DNA of 60,444 bases from an uncultured bacterium (GCA_938045315.1 CALINM010000065.1:1-60444), one strand, 5' to 3'; shown: positions 19,258 to 28,832, numbered from the stretch's first letter. Notes: generated by a model from the sequence alone, not told the origin. Made by a program: numbers and translations.

Positions 19258-20860
19258 CAACAACCTCCCTTTCCTCAATTTCTATAAATTGTTCTTCAAA
19301 ATTTTCTTTTTCTTCCTTTATTTCTAACTGCTTTATACCTAATATTTTAGAGCCTTCGAATGCATTAAGAAGCTTTTTTATTGCTTCTTTTTGATATATA
19401 TCTTCTTTAGAATTTATCGTTGTTTTGGCACCCTTTGAATTTTCTTGGAGTAAAAAATGTATTGTAAAATCTTTACCAAGGCTTGTTTTTACTGCTTTTT
19501 CTATATGTATTCTGCTATTTTCATTATCCACAAAAAAATCGTAGAAAAACTTCTTCTCCTCAGGAAAAACAATTTTTAGCACCTTGCCTTCAAGAAATAT
19601 ATCAGCATCTTTTAAATAGGCTTCTAACTTTGAAGAAGATTTTAATGTTCTTATCAAATTATGAAGCAAATTCTGATTATCCCCAACAACTGATATGTCA
19701 CTTTTTTTTATTTTATTAAACTGGTCATTATCTTTTTTTTCAGATTTGTAAAATAATTGAGAATCTTCAAGAAAATACTTAAGATAGACAAGTTTTAAGA
19801 TACCCACCTCAAAATCATATCTTGGATAAGGAGAAAACCTCATTTGATCTAATATCTGCCTTAATGCCTGATAATAAACTATCAATTCCTCTTTTGCAAA
19901 TCTCTCACTTAATTGGACAAGGTAATTTATCTCTTCCTCTGAAAATTCTGACTTTTCAAAGGGAACATCTAATAGATACATCACAAGGTGGCGCATGTAA
20001 AAAATAACCCTTTCTAAAAAGTTAAAAATATCACCACCTTCTCTATCTATTCTATTAATTAACTCTATAATGCCCGATGTATTTTTTATAGCGAGTAGCT
20101 CTATCATTTCGTAAATGTTTTCTTTTGAAAGCAATCCCAGTACTCTTACAACACCCTCTTCTGAAACCTTACCATCACCATAAGCTAGGACAAGTTCTAA
20201 AAAACTCAAGCTATCTCTCACACTACCTTCTGATTGTCTGGCAATTAAATATAGCGCACTTTCTTCAAACTCCAATTTTTCCTGTATTAGTACATTTGAA
20301 AGATATTTAACAATTTCACCTGGTTCAACCCTTTTGAAATTTAATCTTATACACCTTGATAAAACTGTCTCAGGAATTTTATGCGGTTCTGTAGTAGCCA
20401 GTATAAATATTACATACCCTGGTGGTTCTTCAAGTGTTTTTAGAAGAGCATTAAAAGCTTCATTAGAAAGCATGTGTACTTCATCAATAATGTAAACTTT
20501 ATATCTTAAATGTACAGGAAGAAATCTAGTATTTTCTCGAAGAATTCTTACATCATTCACTGATGTATTGGATGCACCATCTATCTCCATAACATCCATG
20601 CTTTTACCATCAAGAATTTCTGTACATGATTCACATTTATCGCAGGGATCTATCTTTATGCCCTCTTTACAATTGATTGCGCGGGCAAAAATCCTTGCTG
20701 TTGTTGTTTTACCGGTACCCCTAATTCCTGTAAACAAAAAGGCATGGGGTATCTTATTTGCAGCAATAGCATTAGTAAGAACCTTTATGACAGATTGCTG
20801 TCCAATGACATCTCTAAAATGCTTTGGTCTATATCGCCTCGATAATACCTGATAATTCAT
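19250..20860 (-). CDS. dnaX: DNA polymerase III subunit tau/gamma
   Basis: AAA+ clamp-loader motifs (GIRGTGKTT, IIDEVHML, SRC) and zinc module CDKCESC. See the finding on A8 slippery tracts. Confidence 0.95.
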   Translation of the reverse strand: MNYQVLSRRYRPKHFRDVIGQQSVIKVLTNAIAANKIPHAFLFTGIRGTGKTTTARIFARAINCKEGIKIDPCDKCESCTEILDGKSMDVMEIDGASNTSVNDVRILRENTRFLPVHLRYKVYIIDEVHMLSNEAFNALLKTLEEPPGYVIFILATTEPHKIPETVLSRCIRLNFKRVEPGEIVKYLSNVLIQEKLEFEESALYLIARQSEGSVRDSLSFLELVLAYGDGKVSEEGVVRVLGLLSKENIYEMIELLAIKNTSGIIELINRIDREGGDIFNFLERVIFYMRHLVMYLLDVPFEKSEFSEEEINYLVQLSERFAKEELIVYYQALRQILDQMRFSPYPRYDFEVGILKLVYLKYFLEDSQLFYKSEKKDNDQFNKIKKSDISVVGDNQNLLHNLIRTLKSSSKLEAYLKDADIFLEGKVLKIVFPEEKKFFYDFFVDNENSRIHIEKAVKTSLGKDFTIHFLLQENSKGAKTTINSKEDIYQKEAIKKLLNAFEGSKILGIKQLEIKEEKENFEEQFIEIEEREVVDE

Positions 20861-20883
20861 AATAATATAATTTTTAAAGATCA

Positions 20884-21000
20884 GCTAAGTGGCAGTCAGG
20901 ATAACTGCGGCACACAAAGAGGGCCACTACCGTTGCTTCCTTCCGGACCTGGCGGGGTTTGCAGCCATTTGTTGCGCAGGTCCCGACTGCCACTCAGGCG
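20884..21000 (-). ncRNA. ffs: Signal recognition particle RNA (small 4.5S type)
   Basis: Minus strand contains CCAGGUCCGGAAGGAAGCAACGGUAG and UGUGUGCCGCAG (the domain IV symmetric/asymmetric loop signature) within a long hairpin: GCCUGAGUGGCAGUCGGGA ... UCCUGACUGCCACUUAGC. Classic position upstream of dnaX. Confidence 0.85.
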
Positions 21001-21014
21001 ATCTTTTTAAGTTA

Positions 21015-21104
21015 CGGAGAGGGAGGGATTTGAACCCTCGGTTCCGCTTTAGGCGGAACACACGATTTCCAATCGTGCTCCTTCAGCCACTCGGACACCT
21101 CTCC
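21015..21104 (-). tRNA. tRNA-Ser (anticodon GGA)
   Basis: GGAGAGG acceptor / CCUCUCC, D-loop GAGUGGCUGAA, anticodon stem CACGA/UCGUG with loop UUGGAAA, long variable arm (UUCCGC-CUAAA-GCGGAA), T-arm GAGGG-UUCAAAU-CCCUC, discriminator G. No encoded CCA. Confidence 0.9.
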
Positions 21105-21312
21105 TGATTATAAAACTGTATTTTACCTTTTAGTATTAACTTTTGCAACTGATAATTGTTTTTCATAACTATCAAAGGGATGATATTATATGCATAATCT
21201 AACGAAATGATCATTGCAAAACTATGTAATGATATAAGAGGATAACATGCCTGTCCCCATTTTTTCTCATTAAACTGATTAATCTGAAGAACTTTTATGT
21301 TAAAATATTCTT

Positions 21313-22017
21313 GTGAAGAAGATTTTTGTATTATTAATAATATTACTAAGTTTTTCCTGTATTTATAACGATTGGAACCTAAATTATCCAGAAATATCTA
21401 CTGGCATAACAGGCTTGGTTATAGATGAATATAACCAACCCGTTTCTAATGCCTTTGTTTACATTTATCGTAATCCTTCCTCTGGTTTGATAGGACCTGC
21501 TGATTTTATGGAGAAAACTGATGAAAAGGGTAATTTTTTCTTTGATATACCAGAGGGAAAATATTATCTTGTTGTCAGAAAAAGACTATCTGGATTAGAC
21601 TCTGGTCCTTTAAAACAAGGCGACAGAGTCAGCAATTATCAAAAAAATCCGATAATTTTAAAACTCGGGGAAATAAAAAATTTTAAAATAACCCTTCCTT
21701 CAAAAACACATATTTTGCAGAAAAAAACCCCTTCGGGCGAAACTACAATAAAAATAAAGCTTCAAGGTGAAGAATTAGTAAATGGAAGACTTTTTTTATT
21801 AGTCTATGAGGGAGAAAAGGAAAAAAAGATCCCCGATTATTTACAGGAAATCACGGAAAAGGATGTTACTATTAATTTGCCACCAAATAGAGTATTCTAT
21901 ATTGTAGTAAGAGAAAATTTGAAAGATAAAATTGAGAAAAATGAAATATATGGTAAGTTCGGCCCCTTTACCTCAGATATTCCTAAAGGAAATAATAATA
22001 ACATTGGAAAGGTATAG
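21313..22017 (+). CDS. Lipoprotein with carboxypeptidase-regulatory-like (Ig/prealbumin fold) domain
   Basis: Signal peptide with lipobox LSFSC; GLVIDEYNQPVSNAFVYIY ... TDEKGNFFF pattern. GTG start with no obvious SD. Confidence 0.5.
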   Translation: MKKIFVLLIILLSFSCIYNDWNLNYPEISTGITGLVIDEYNQPVSNAFVYIYRNPSSGLIGPADFMEKTDEKGNFFFDIPEGKYYLVVRKRLSGLDSGPLKQGDRVSNYQKNPIILKLGEIKNFKITLPSKTHILQKKTPSGETTIKIKLQGEELVNGRLFLLVYEGEKEKKIPDYLQEITEKDVTINLPPNRVFYIVVRENLKDKIEKNEIYGKFGPFTSDIPKGNNNNIGKV

Positions 22018-22782
22018 ATGAACTATATAAATTCTTTAAAGAGTGAAGAAATAAAAAAAATAAAAAGGATAAGAGAAGAACGCTGCTTCTACTGGTGGGA
22101 GGGTTTTAAATTCTTTAGTGAAGTTTTGAGGGAAAAAGAGCCGATAGTGCACTTAGTAATAACTGAAAAAAACTATAAAACATTAAAACACCAAATAAAC
22201 AATTTAGATGGAGATAAAATTTTTGTGGTCTCTGACCAGGTATTTAAAAAAATAAGTTACACTGTTACCCCCCAAGGGATTGGTGGGATACTCAAGAAGA
22301 AGACAATCAAACTATCTGATTTATTTTCTGAAAATAAACCAATTTTTTTTCTTGATGGGCTGCAGGATCCGGGTAATGTGGGCACAATAGTAAGGGTCGC
22401 TGATGCCTTCAACTTCTCTGGAATTATATATAGAAATAACGGTGTATCTCCATATCACGAAAAAGCAGTAAGAAGTAGTGCTGGAAGCATAATAAGAGTT
22501 CCCTGTTATTGCATAAATGATGAAGAGTTAAACACATTATTTGAAATCGATAGACCATTATTCTTATTAGAACCTAACACAAATGAATCTTATAACATTC
22601 TACAGGTGGATAAAGAAGAGCTAAAAAGGGGGATTTTTTTTCTTGGTAAAGAAGGTTCGGGACTTAATGTAAAGATATTTGGAGCAAAAAAAATTTATAT
22701 CTCCATGAAAAATAGTGTTGATTCTTTAAATGTAGCAATCACAGCAGGTATTGTTGGTTTTCTTGCGGGGCAAACAAATTGA
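22018..22782 (+). CDS. TrmH/SpoU-family RNA 2'-O-methyltransferase
   Basis: LDGLQDPGNVGTIVRVADAF, GKEGSGL and SLNVAITAGI SPOUT motifs. Confidence 0.85.
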   Translation: MNYINSLKSEEIKKIKRIREERCFYWWEGFKFFSEVLREKEPIVHLVITEKNYKTLKHQINNLDGDKIFVVSDQVFKKISYTVTPQGIGGILKKKTIKLSDLFSENKPIFFLDGLQDPGNVGTIVRVADAFNFSGIIYRNNGVSPYHEKAVRSSAGSIIRVPCYCINDEELNTLFEIDRPLFLLEPNTNESYNILQVDKEELKRGIFFLGKEGSGLNVKIFGAKKIYISMKNSVDSLNVAITAGIVGFLAGQTN

Positions 22783-23345
22783 AAAAGATAATTTTTTTAA
22801 TCCTTATTTTTACATTATCCATGCTAATATATTCTAAATATAAAAGCGCAATAAAACTTGCTTTAATAAACCATTTAATAGTCTCGGACAACATTGAAAA
22901 CGCAGATTGTATTGTTGCCTTGGGCGGTGAGAACATTAGAAAAAAAGAAGCGGTAAAGCTTTTTAAAAAAGGTTATGCAAAAAAAATTTTATTTACCGGT
23001 TTTGAAATTACAAAAGATGATTATGAAAGATATGGTCTAAAATCCAATGAATATATCTATCCTGTTAAAAGTGCTTTTAATACCTATGAAGAATCCCAGG
23101 TTGTTTTAGATATACTTAAGAGATATGATTTTAAATCCCTAATTCTTGTAACTTCTTTTTACCATTCCAGAAGAGCTTCGGCAACGTTTAAAAGATTTCT
23201 TGAGAAAGAAAATATTAAAGTTATGGTTTATCCAGTTTTCTGGGAAAATTTTGATATTAAAAATTGGGATAAGAATAGCTATTTGAAAAAAGCTGTTATA
23301 ATTGAATGGTTAGGGCTTCTATATTATAAAATTGAATATTTTTAG
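22779..23345 (+). CDS. YdcF/ElyC (DUF218) family protein
   Basis: N-terminal TM helix; IVALGGE ... VTSFYHSRRA motif. Confidence 0.65.
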   Translation: MKKIIFLILIFTLSMLIYSKYKSAIKLALINHLIVSDNIENADCIVALGGENIRKKEAVKLFKKGYAKKILFTGFEITKDDYERYGLKSNEYIYPVKSAFNTYEESQVVLDILKRYDFKSLILVTSFYHSRRASATFKRFLEKENIKVMVYPVFWENFDIKNWDKNSYLKKAVIIEWLGLLYYKIEYF

Positions 23346-23351
23346 GAGTTT

Positions 23352-24110
23352 ATGATGAAACACAAAATTTATTTCATTGGCGCTGGACCAGGTAGTCCAG
23401 AACATTTAACATTGTATGGACTAAAAAAATTAAAAGAATCCAGATATGTTTTTGCACCTAATATATACAGGAAGACTTTCCAAAAATATTTAAAAGGCAA
23501 AGAAGTTTATGAACCCTTTGATTTCCTTTTCCATGAGATTGTTAATTTAGTTAATAAATTTTTAGAAAAATCATCTATAGCTTTCTTATTACCAGGAGAT
23601 GAAACAGTTTTTTCGCCCTTCCAACCTTTTATAGACTATTTTAAGCAAGATTGTGAAGTAATACCAGGGGTGGGCGTAGTAAATGCTGCTTCCGCTCTCC
23701 TGAAAAAAACCCTTGATTTACCTAATGTAGCAAATACAATCGTTTTAACAAGTACCCGTTCTTTTAAAGCAGCTTTTGAGGATCACGACTTTATGCAGTT
23801 TGTAAAAAGAGATGTTACTTTAGTTTTATATATGAATCATATTCCTTTAGAAGAGCTTACAAAGAGGCTCATCCCTGTGATGGGAGAAAATTGTCCAATT
23901 TCCATACTCTATAAAATTTCACTGCCCGAACAAGAAATTATCTCGGGTACCCTGAAAAATATATGTAAAAAAGTAAAAAAAGACTATTTTAGTAGCGTAA
24001 AAGAGCCCTCCATGGCAATGATTTTAATAGGTTATGTACTCAATAAAAGGGCAAAAAAATCATCCTGGGATTACCGGAAGAAACATATATGGGACAAAAG
24101 AAAAAAATAG
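23352..24110 (+). CDS. Tetrapyrrole (corrin/porphyrin) methylase-family SAM-dependent methyltransferase, CbiF/CobM-like
   Basis: IYFIGAGPGSPEHLTLYG and LLPGDETVFSP motifs; AGGAG SD. No other cobalamin genes are nearby. Confidence 0.6.
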   Translation: MMKHKIYFIGAGPGSPEHLTLYGLKKLKESRYVFAPNIYRKTFQKYLKGKEVYEPFDFLFHEIVNLVNKFLEKSSIAFLLPGDETVFSPFQPFIDYFKQDCEVIPGVGVVNAASALLKKTLDLPNVANTIVLTSTRSFKAAFEDHDFMQFVKRDVTLVLYMNHIPLEELTKRLIPVMGENCPISILYKISLPEQEIISGTLKNICKKVKKDYFSSVKEPSMAMILIGYVLNKRAKKSSWDYRKKHIWDKRKK

Positions 24111-24919
24111 AAATTCTCTCACCCGCTGACTCAGCATACGAAGCAGAAATTTTAATTGAAGCAGGAGCTACATCCCTTTATTGTGGTGTTTTCCCATCAT
24201 TTTTTGAAAAATATCCCTATTTCTTATCACCTAATCAGAGAACTTTTCGAGAAGCGCAAATGAATGAGAAAGAATTTATAAAAGTTTCAGAGTTATGTAA
24301 GAAAAAAAATATACCCCTTTACTTAACAATTAACCAGAACTATTTTCTAAAAGAACAAATACCTTTAATAATCAATTTAGCAAAAATAGCAGAAAATGAA
24401 GGTATTGATGGTATTATAATGGGAAGTATTCCCCTCATGTTACATTTAAAAGATGGGGGTATAAAAACGCCTATTGTTGCAAGTACAATGGCGGTAGTTT
24501 TAAACAGATATGCAGCTAAATTTTGCAAAAACATGCTTAATATTAAAAAGATAACTCTTCCAGGATCTTTAACTATCAAGGAAATTAAAAGTATTATTGG
24601 AAGTAACCCTGACATAGGTTTTGATACTTTTATTCTTATTGGTAAGTGCCCAAATATAGAGGGTTTTTGTGGATTTTTGCATACTAACCCTAATAAAATA
24701 TGGCCCTGTGAACAGGTATATGATATTAATCCTGAAAAAGAAGAAACAGAAACCTTTAAAAAAGCAAGGATGTTACAGATGCAATGGCAAAAATTCCCAA
24801 GAAGCCATGGATGTGGTTTATGCGCTATACCTGAACTAATTAATGCAGGTATTAGGGGCTTAAAAATTGTTGGCCCTGGGAGCCCTCCTTCAAAAAGAAA
24901 AACCTTGAACTCACAATAA
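24089..24919 (+). CDS. Peptidase U32-family protein (UbiU/UbiV/RlhA/TrhP-like), 3' end probably frameshifted; coding signal continues to 25071
   Basis: IEILSPADS...AGATSLYCGV N-terminus and a Cys cluster (CPNIEGFC...C...CGLC). After an A5 run (24892-24896), a second frame reads KKKNLELTIKALQIFENSGDLTEARKKIVILYKERFQHECSPYLCYFPE...* to 25071. Confidence 0.7.
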   Translation: MGQKKKIEILSPADSAYEAEILIEAGATSLYCGVFPSFFEKYPYFLSPNQRTFREAQMNEKEFIKVSELCKKKNIPLYLTINQNYFLKEQIPLIINLAKIAENEGIDGIIMGSIPLMLHLKDGGIKTPIVASTMAVVLNRYAAKFCKNMLNIKKITLPGSLTIKEIKSIIGSNPDIGFDTFILIGKCPNIEGFCGFLHTNPNKIWPCEQVYDINPEKEETETFKKARMLQMQWQKFPRSHGCGLCAIPELINAGIRGLKIVGPGSPPSKRKTLNSQ

Positions 24920-25108
24920 AAGCTCTTCAAATTTTTGAAAATTCGGGTGACTTAACTGAAGCAAGAAAAAAAATAGTAATATTGTACAAAGAACGCTTTC
25001 AACATGAATGCTCACCCTATTTATGTTATTTTCCCGAGATTAGAGCAAAAATTTTTAAACATGAATTTTAGTCTTGTCTTTAGATTCTTTTTTTTGTAAT
25101 CTTTACTT

Positions 25109-25345
25109 GTGAAAGAAAGTAAATCTTTTGAAACAGCTCTAAAAAGACTCGAGACCATTACAAAAAAACTTGAAAATGAAGAGATTTCTCTTGAAGAATC
25201 ATTATCCCTTTTTGAAGAGGGCATAAAACTTGTAAAAGATTTACAGCAAAAACTGACAGAGGCAGAAAGAAAGGTTGAAATTTTGATCAAAGAATCGGAA
25301 GAAAAATTCAGGTTAGAACCATATAAAGAAGATGAAGAGGAATAG
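25109..25345 (+). CDS. xseB: Exodeoxyribonuclease VII small subunit
   Basis: FETALKRLETITKKLENEEISLEESLSLFEEG signature; GTG start; xseB-ispA-dxs synteny. Confidence 0.9.
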   Translation: MKESKSFETALKRLETITKKLENEEISLEESLSLFEEGIKLVKDLQQKLTEAERKVEILIKESEEKFRLEPYKEDEEE

Positions 25346-26231
25346 TGATTTCTTTAAAGAATTAGAAGAGAAGAAAATTCTTGTGGACAATGCAATCAAT
25401 TACTACTTTTCTAAATATTCTTTTCCAAAAGAATTGTGCGATTCAATGAGATATAGTATCGTTGATAGTGGTAAAAGAATAAGGCCAATACTTACTTTGT
25501 CTACAGCTGAGATTTTCGATACTCCTATAGATATAGTTATGCCTTTTGCTGTTGCAATCGAAGCCATTCACACATATACACTTATACATGATGACCTCCC
25601 TGCAATGGATAACGACGACTTTAGAAGGGGAAAGCCTACGAATCACAAGGTTTTTGGAGAAGCAATTGCTATTCTTGCTGGGGACGCTTTACTGACAGAA
25701 GCATTCAACATTATGACGGAAGAAACGATTAATAAAAAAATAACCTTTAAAAAAGCTCTTCTTGCTATTAACGAAATCTCAAAAAGATGTGGTGTAAATG
25801 GTGTTGTAGGTGGTCAGGTAGTAGACATTTTAAGTGAAAATAAAAAAATTGATTTAACAACCCTTGAATATATTCATACCCACAAGACCGGGGCACTAAT
25901 TTTAGCATCTATAAAAGTTGGTTTGTATTTATCAAAAGCAACAAAAAGGGATTTTAAAAATCTAACTAAATATGGTGAATGTATAGGGCTTGCCTTTCAA
26001 ATAATGGATGACATACTTGATATAGAGGGAGATTTTAAAAAATTGGGTAAAAAAACTGGAGCTGATATATCAAAAAACAAAAATACTTACCCTTCTTTAA
26101 TAGGACTTGCCCGTTCTAAGGAGATATTAAAGGACTTAACTGATACAGCCATAGATAATCTTAAGCCTTATGGAGAAAAGGCAAATTTTCTAAGAAATTT
26201 TGCATTATATTTAAGTAGCAGGCAAAACTGA
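25332..26231 (+). CDS. ispA: (2E,6E)-farnesyl/geranylgeranyl diphosphate synthase
   Basis: LIHDDLPAMDNDDFRRG and FQIMDDILD aspartate-rich motifs. Confidence 0.9.
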   Translation: MKRNSDFFKELEEKKILVDNAINYYFSKYSFPKELCDSMRYSIVDSGKRIRPILTLSTAEIFDTPIDIVMPFAVAIEAIHTYTLIHDDLPAMDNDDFRRGKPTNHKVFGEAIAILAGDALLTEAFNIMTEETINKKITFKKALLAINEISKRCGVNGVVGGQVVDILSENKKIDLTTLEYIHTHKTGALILASIKVGLYLSKATKRDFKNLTKYGECIGLAFQIMDDILDIEGDFKKLGKKTGADISKNKNTYPSLIGLARSKEILKDLTDTAIDNLKPYGEKANFLRNFALYLSSRQN

Positions 26232-28093
26232 TGTCTGTCCTTGATAAGGTAAACACACCTGGAGATTTGAAAAACTTATCATTAGAAGAACTAAATAATC
26301 TATGCAACGAACTAAGGGAACTAATAATTGATACAGTCTCACTTAGGGGAGGTCACTTAGCCTCAAGCCTCGGCGCAGTTGATCTAACTGTAGCTTTATA
26401 CTCCGTGTTTAATCCACCAGAGGATAAGATTATTTGGGATGTGGGGCATCAAGCTTATGCACATAAAATCTTAACGGGTAGAAAAGAAGCATTTAAAACT
26501 TTAAGAACTTATGGAGGCATATCGGGTTTCCCTAAGAGAGAGGAAAGTGAATATGATGTAATTACCACAGGCCATAGCTCTACATCCATATCAGCTGCTT
26601 TAGGACTAGCATGTGGAAGAGATTTGCTAAAACAGGATTATAAAGTAATAGCAGTTATAGGTGATGGCTCTCTTACAGCAGGTCTTGCATTAGAAGGGAT
26701 AAATAATGCGGGGCATCTTAAAAAAAATATGATTGTAATACTAAATGATAATGAGATGTCCATTTCAGAAAATGTAGGTGCCATATCTTCATATTTATCA
26801 AGGATTCTAACTGGTGAGTTTTATACACAACTTAGGCAAAAAGTTGAAAAAATGCTTCTTTCAATACCTCGCATAGGTTCTTCACTTGTGAAAATTGCAA
26901 AAAGGATGGAGGAACTAACAAAGGGCTTTATAACCCCTGGAATTATTTTTGAAGAACTCGGTTTTAAATATATTGGTCCCATTGACGGTCATGATTTAAA
27001 GGTAATGATAGATACTTTTAATAATGTGAAAGATTGGGAAGGTCCATTACTAATACATGTTTACACAAAAAAGGGTAAAGGATACAAACCTGCAGAAGAA
27101 GAATCAGAATTTTTCCATGGAGTTCCACCTTTCAATAAAGTTACTGGCAGGGTAGAGAAGGCTCAGCAAAAGAGTTATACAGATATATTTGGTGAAGTAC
27201 TAACAGAAATTGCAAAAGAAGATAAAAGGATTGTTGCAATAACCGCTGCTATGAGATCGGGAACGGGTCTTAAACTTTTTGCTTCCCATTTTCCTGAGAG
27301 ATTTTTTGATGTGGGAATAGCTGAACAGCATGCAGTAACATTTGCTGCGGGACTTGCTATATCTGGTTTCAGACCTTATGTGGCGATTTATTCAACTTTT
27401 TTGCAAAGAAGTTTTGATATGATTATTCATGATGTATGCCTGCAAAATTTACCTATAGTCTTTGCTGTTGATAGAGCAGGGCTTGTAGGGGAGGATGGAC
27501 CAACTCATCATGGTCTCTTTGATATTAGCTATCTCAGACTAATCCCAAATTTGGTAGTTGCAGCCGCTTCGGACAGCAATGAGCTAAAAGCACTGATTAA
27601 ATCTTCTTTGAGCTGGAATGTGCCTGTTACCATTAGATATCCAAGAGGGCCGGCAGAAATTACAGAGAAAACATATCCTGAACAAATTAAGATTGGTAAA
27701 GGAGAAATGCTTAGATGGGGTAAAGACGCTTGCATAATTGGCATTGGTACAACAGTAAATGAAGCATTAAAAGCTGCTGAAATATTGAAAATAAGAAATA
27801 TTGAAATATCAGTTTTTAATGCAAGATTTGTTAAACCCTTAGATGTGGAAGCAATTAGAAAAATTCTTTCAGAACATCCTGTAATTTTCACTCTTGAAGA
27901 AAATACTATTGTGGGTGGCTTTGGAAGCGCTATTTTAGAATTAGCGGCTAAATTAGGTTCCATTAAAAAAATACATTGTATTGGACTTCCTGATAGATTT
28001 ATTGAACATGGACCTGTTAACTTTTTAAGAGAAATATATGGATTATCTGCTGAAAAGATTGCCCAAGAAGTAGAAAGATACTTAAACGATTAA
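26231..28093 (+). CDS. dxs: 1-deoxy-D-xylulose-5-phosphate synthase
   Basis: GGHLASSLG, GDGSLTAG and NDNEMSIS TPP motifs; 620 aa. Confidence 0.95.
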   Translation: MSVLDKVNTPGDLKNLSLEELNNLCNELRELIIDTVSLRGGHLASSLGAVDLTVALYSVFNPPEDKIIWDVGHQAYAHKILTGRKEAFKTLRTYGGISGFPKREESEYDVITTGHSSTSISAALGLACGRDLLKQDYKVIAVIGDGSLTAGLALEGINNAGHLKKNMIVILNDNEMSISENVGAISSYLSRILTGEFYTQLRQKVEKMLLSIPRIGSSLVKIAKRMEELTKGFITPGIIFEELGFKYIGPIDGHDLKVMIDTFNNVKDWEGPLLIHVYTKKGKGYKPAEEESEFFHGVPPFNKVTGRVEKAQQKSYTDIFGEVLTEIAKEDKRIVAITAAMRSGTGLKLFASHFPERFFDVGIAEQHAVTFAAGLAISGFRPYVAIYSTFLQRSFDMIIHDVCLQNLPIVFAVDRAGLVGEDGPTHHGLFDISYLRLIPNLVVAAASDSNELKALIKSSLSWNVPVTIRYPRGPAEITEKTYPEQIKIGKGEMLRWGKDACIIGIGTTVNEALKAAEILKIRNIEISVFNARFVKPLDVEAIRKILSEHPVIFTLEENTIVGGFGSAILELAAKLGSIKKIHCIGLPDRFIEHGPVNFLREIYGLSAEKIAQEVERYLND

Positions 28094-28094
28094 A

Positions 28095-28832
28095 ATGCTT
28101 TCACAAAAAAAAATACGCATCGATGAACTACTTGTTAAGAAAGGACTTGTTGAGTCGAGAGCAAAAGCTCAATCCCTTATAATGATGGGAAGGGTATTTT
28201 GCGAGGGCAAACTGATCGAAAAATCAGGGACAAAAGTAAATGAAAATTCTAATCTGGAAATAAAAGAAGATTTGCCTTATGTTAGCAGAGGCGGTCTTAA
28301 ATTAGAAACAGCTATTAAAACTTTTAATATAAATCTTACTGGACTGGTAGCCATGGATGTAGGGGCTTCAACAGGCGGTTTTACAGACTGTCTTTTAAAA
28401 CATGGGGTAAAAAAGGTTTACGCTATAGATGTAGGTTATGGCATACTTGATGCAAAACTGAGAAATGATGAGAGAGTGGTAAATATAGAAAAAACAAACA
28501 TTAGATTTCTGGACAAAACTTTAATTCAAGACCCCATTGATATTGTTGTTATTGATGTATCATTTATATCACTAACAAAAGTGATCCCTAAAGTCACTGA
28601 GTTTTTAAGTGAAAAAGGCAAAATTATTGCTCTTATTAAACCTCAATTTGAGTTAACACCAAAAGAAGTGGGAAAAGGTGGAGTTGTAAAAGATTTAAGA
28701 CTCCAGGAAAAGGCAGTTAAAAAAATCTCATCCTGCCTTCATGAACTGGGATTTAATATAGTAGGAGTTATACCTTCAACTATTACCGGTAAGAAAGGTA
28801 ATCAGGAATACTTAATTTATTGTTATACCTAA
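28095..28832 (+). CDS. tlyA: TlyA-family rRNA (cytidine-2'-O)-methyltransferase
   Basis: S4 domain N-terminus (RIDELLVKKGLVESRAKAQ) and FtsJ-like SAM motif (DVGASTGGFTD). Confidence 0.9.
   Translation: MLSQKKIRIDELLVKKGLVESRAKAQSLIMMGRVFCEGKLIEKSGTKVNENSNLEIKEDLPYVSRGGLKLETAIKTFNINLTGLVAMDVGASTGGFTDCLLKHGVKKVYAIDVGYGILDAKLRNDERVVNIEKTNIRFLDKTLIQDPIDIVVIDVSFISLTKVIPKVTEFLSEKGKIIALIKPQFELTPKEVGKGGVVKDLRLQEKAVKKISSCLHELGFNIVGVIPSTITGKKGNQEYLIYCYT

Noticed and set aside
19258-19278. Upstream-extended starts given by the ORF track (for example ybaB 19278, porG 18318, FeS subunit 35160, lysC 45994, Sir-TusA 4982, hdrA 2429)
   Set aside because: In each case a downstream ATG is preceded at 4-8 nt by a GGAGG-type SD, and the longer start lies within or upstream of that SD. 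The shorter coordinates are used in the feature list.
21015-21104. Possibility that the long-variable-arm tRNA is tRNA-Sec, given the nearby selenoprotein gene
   Set aside because: The anticodon loop is UUGGAAA (anticodon GGA) and the acceptor stem is a standard 7 bp. It is therefore tRNA-Ser, not tRNA-Sec (UCA, 8-bp acceptor).
20889-21107. 72-aa plus-strand ORF
   Set aside because: It lies entirely antisense to the SRP RNA and tRNA-Ser genes. The open frame is a by-product of their GC-rich sequence.
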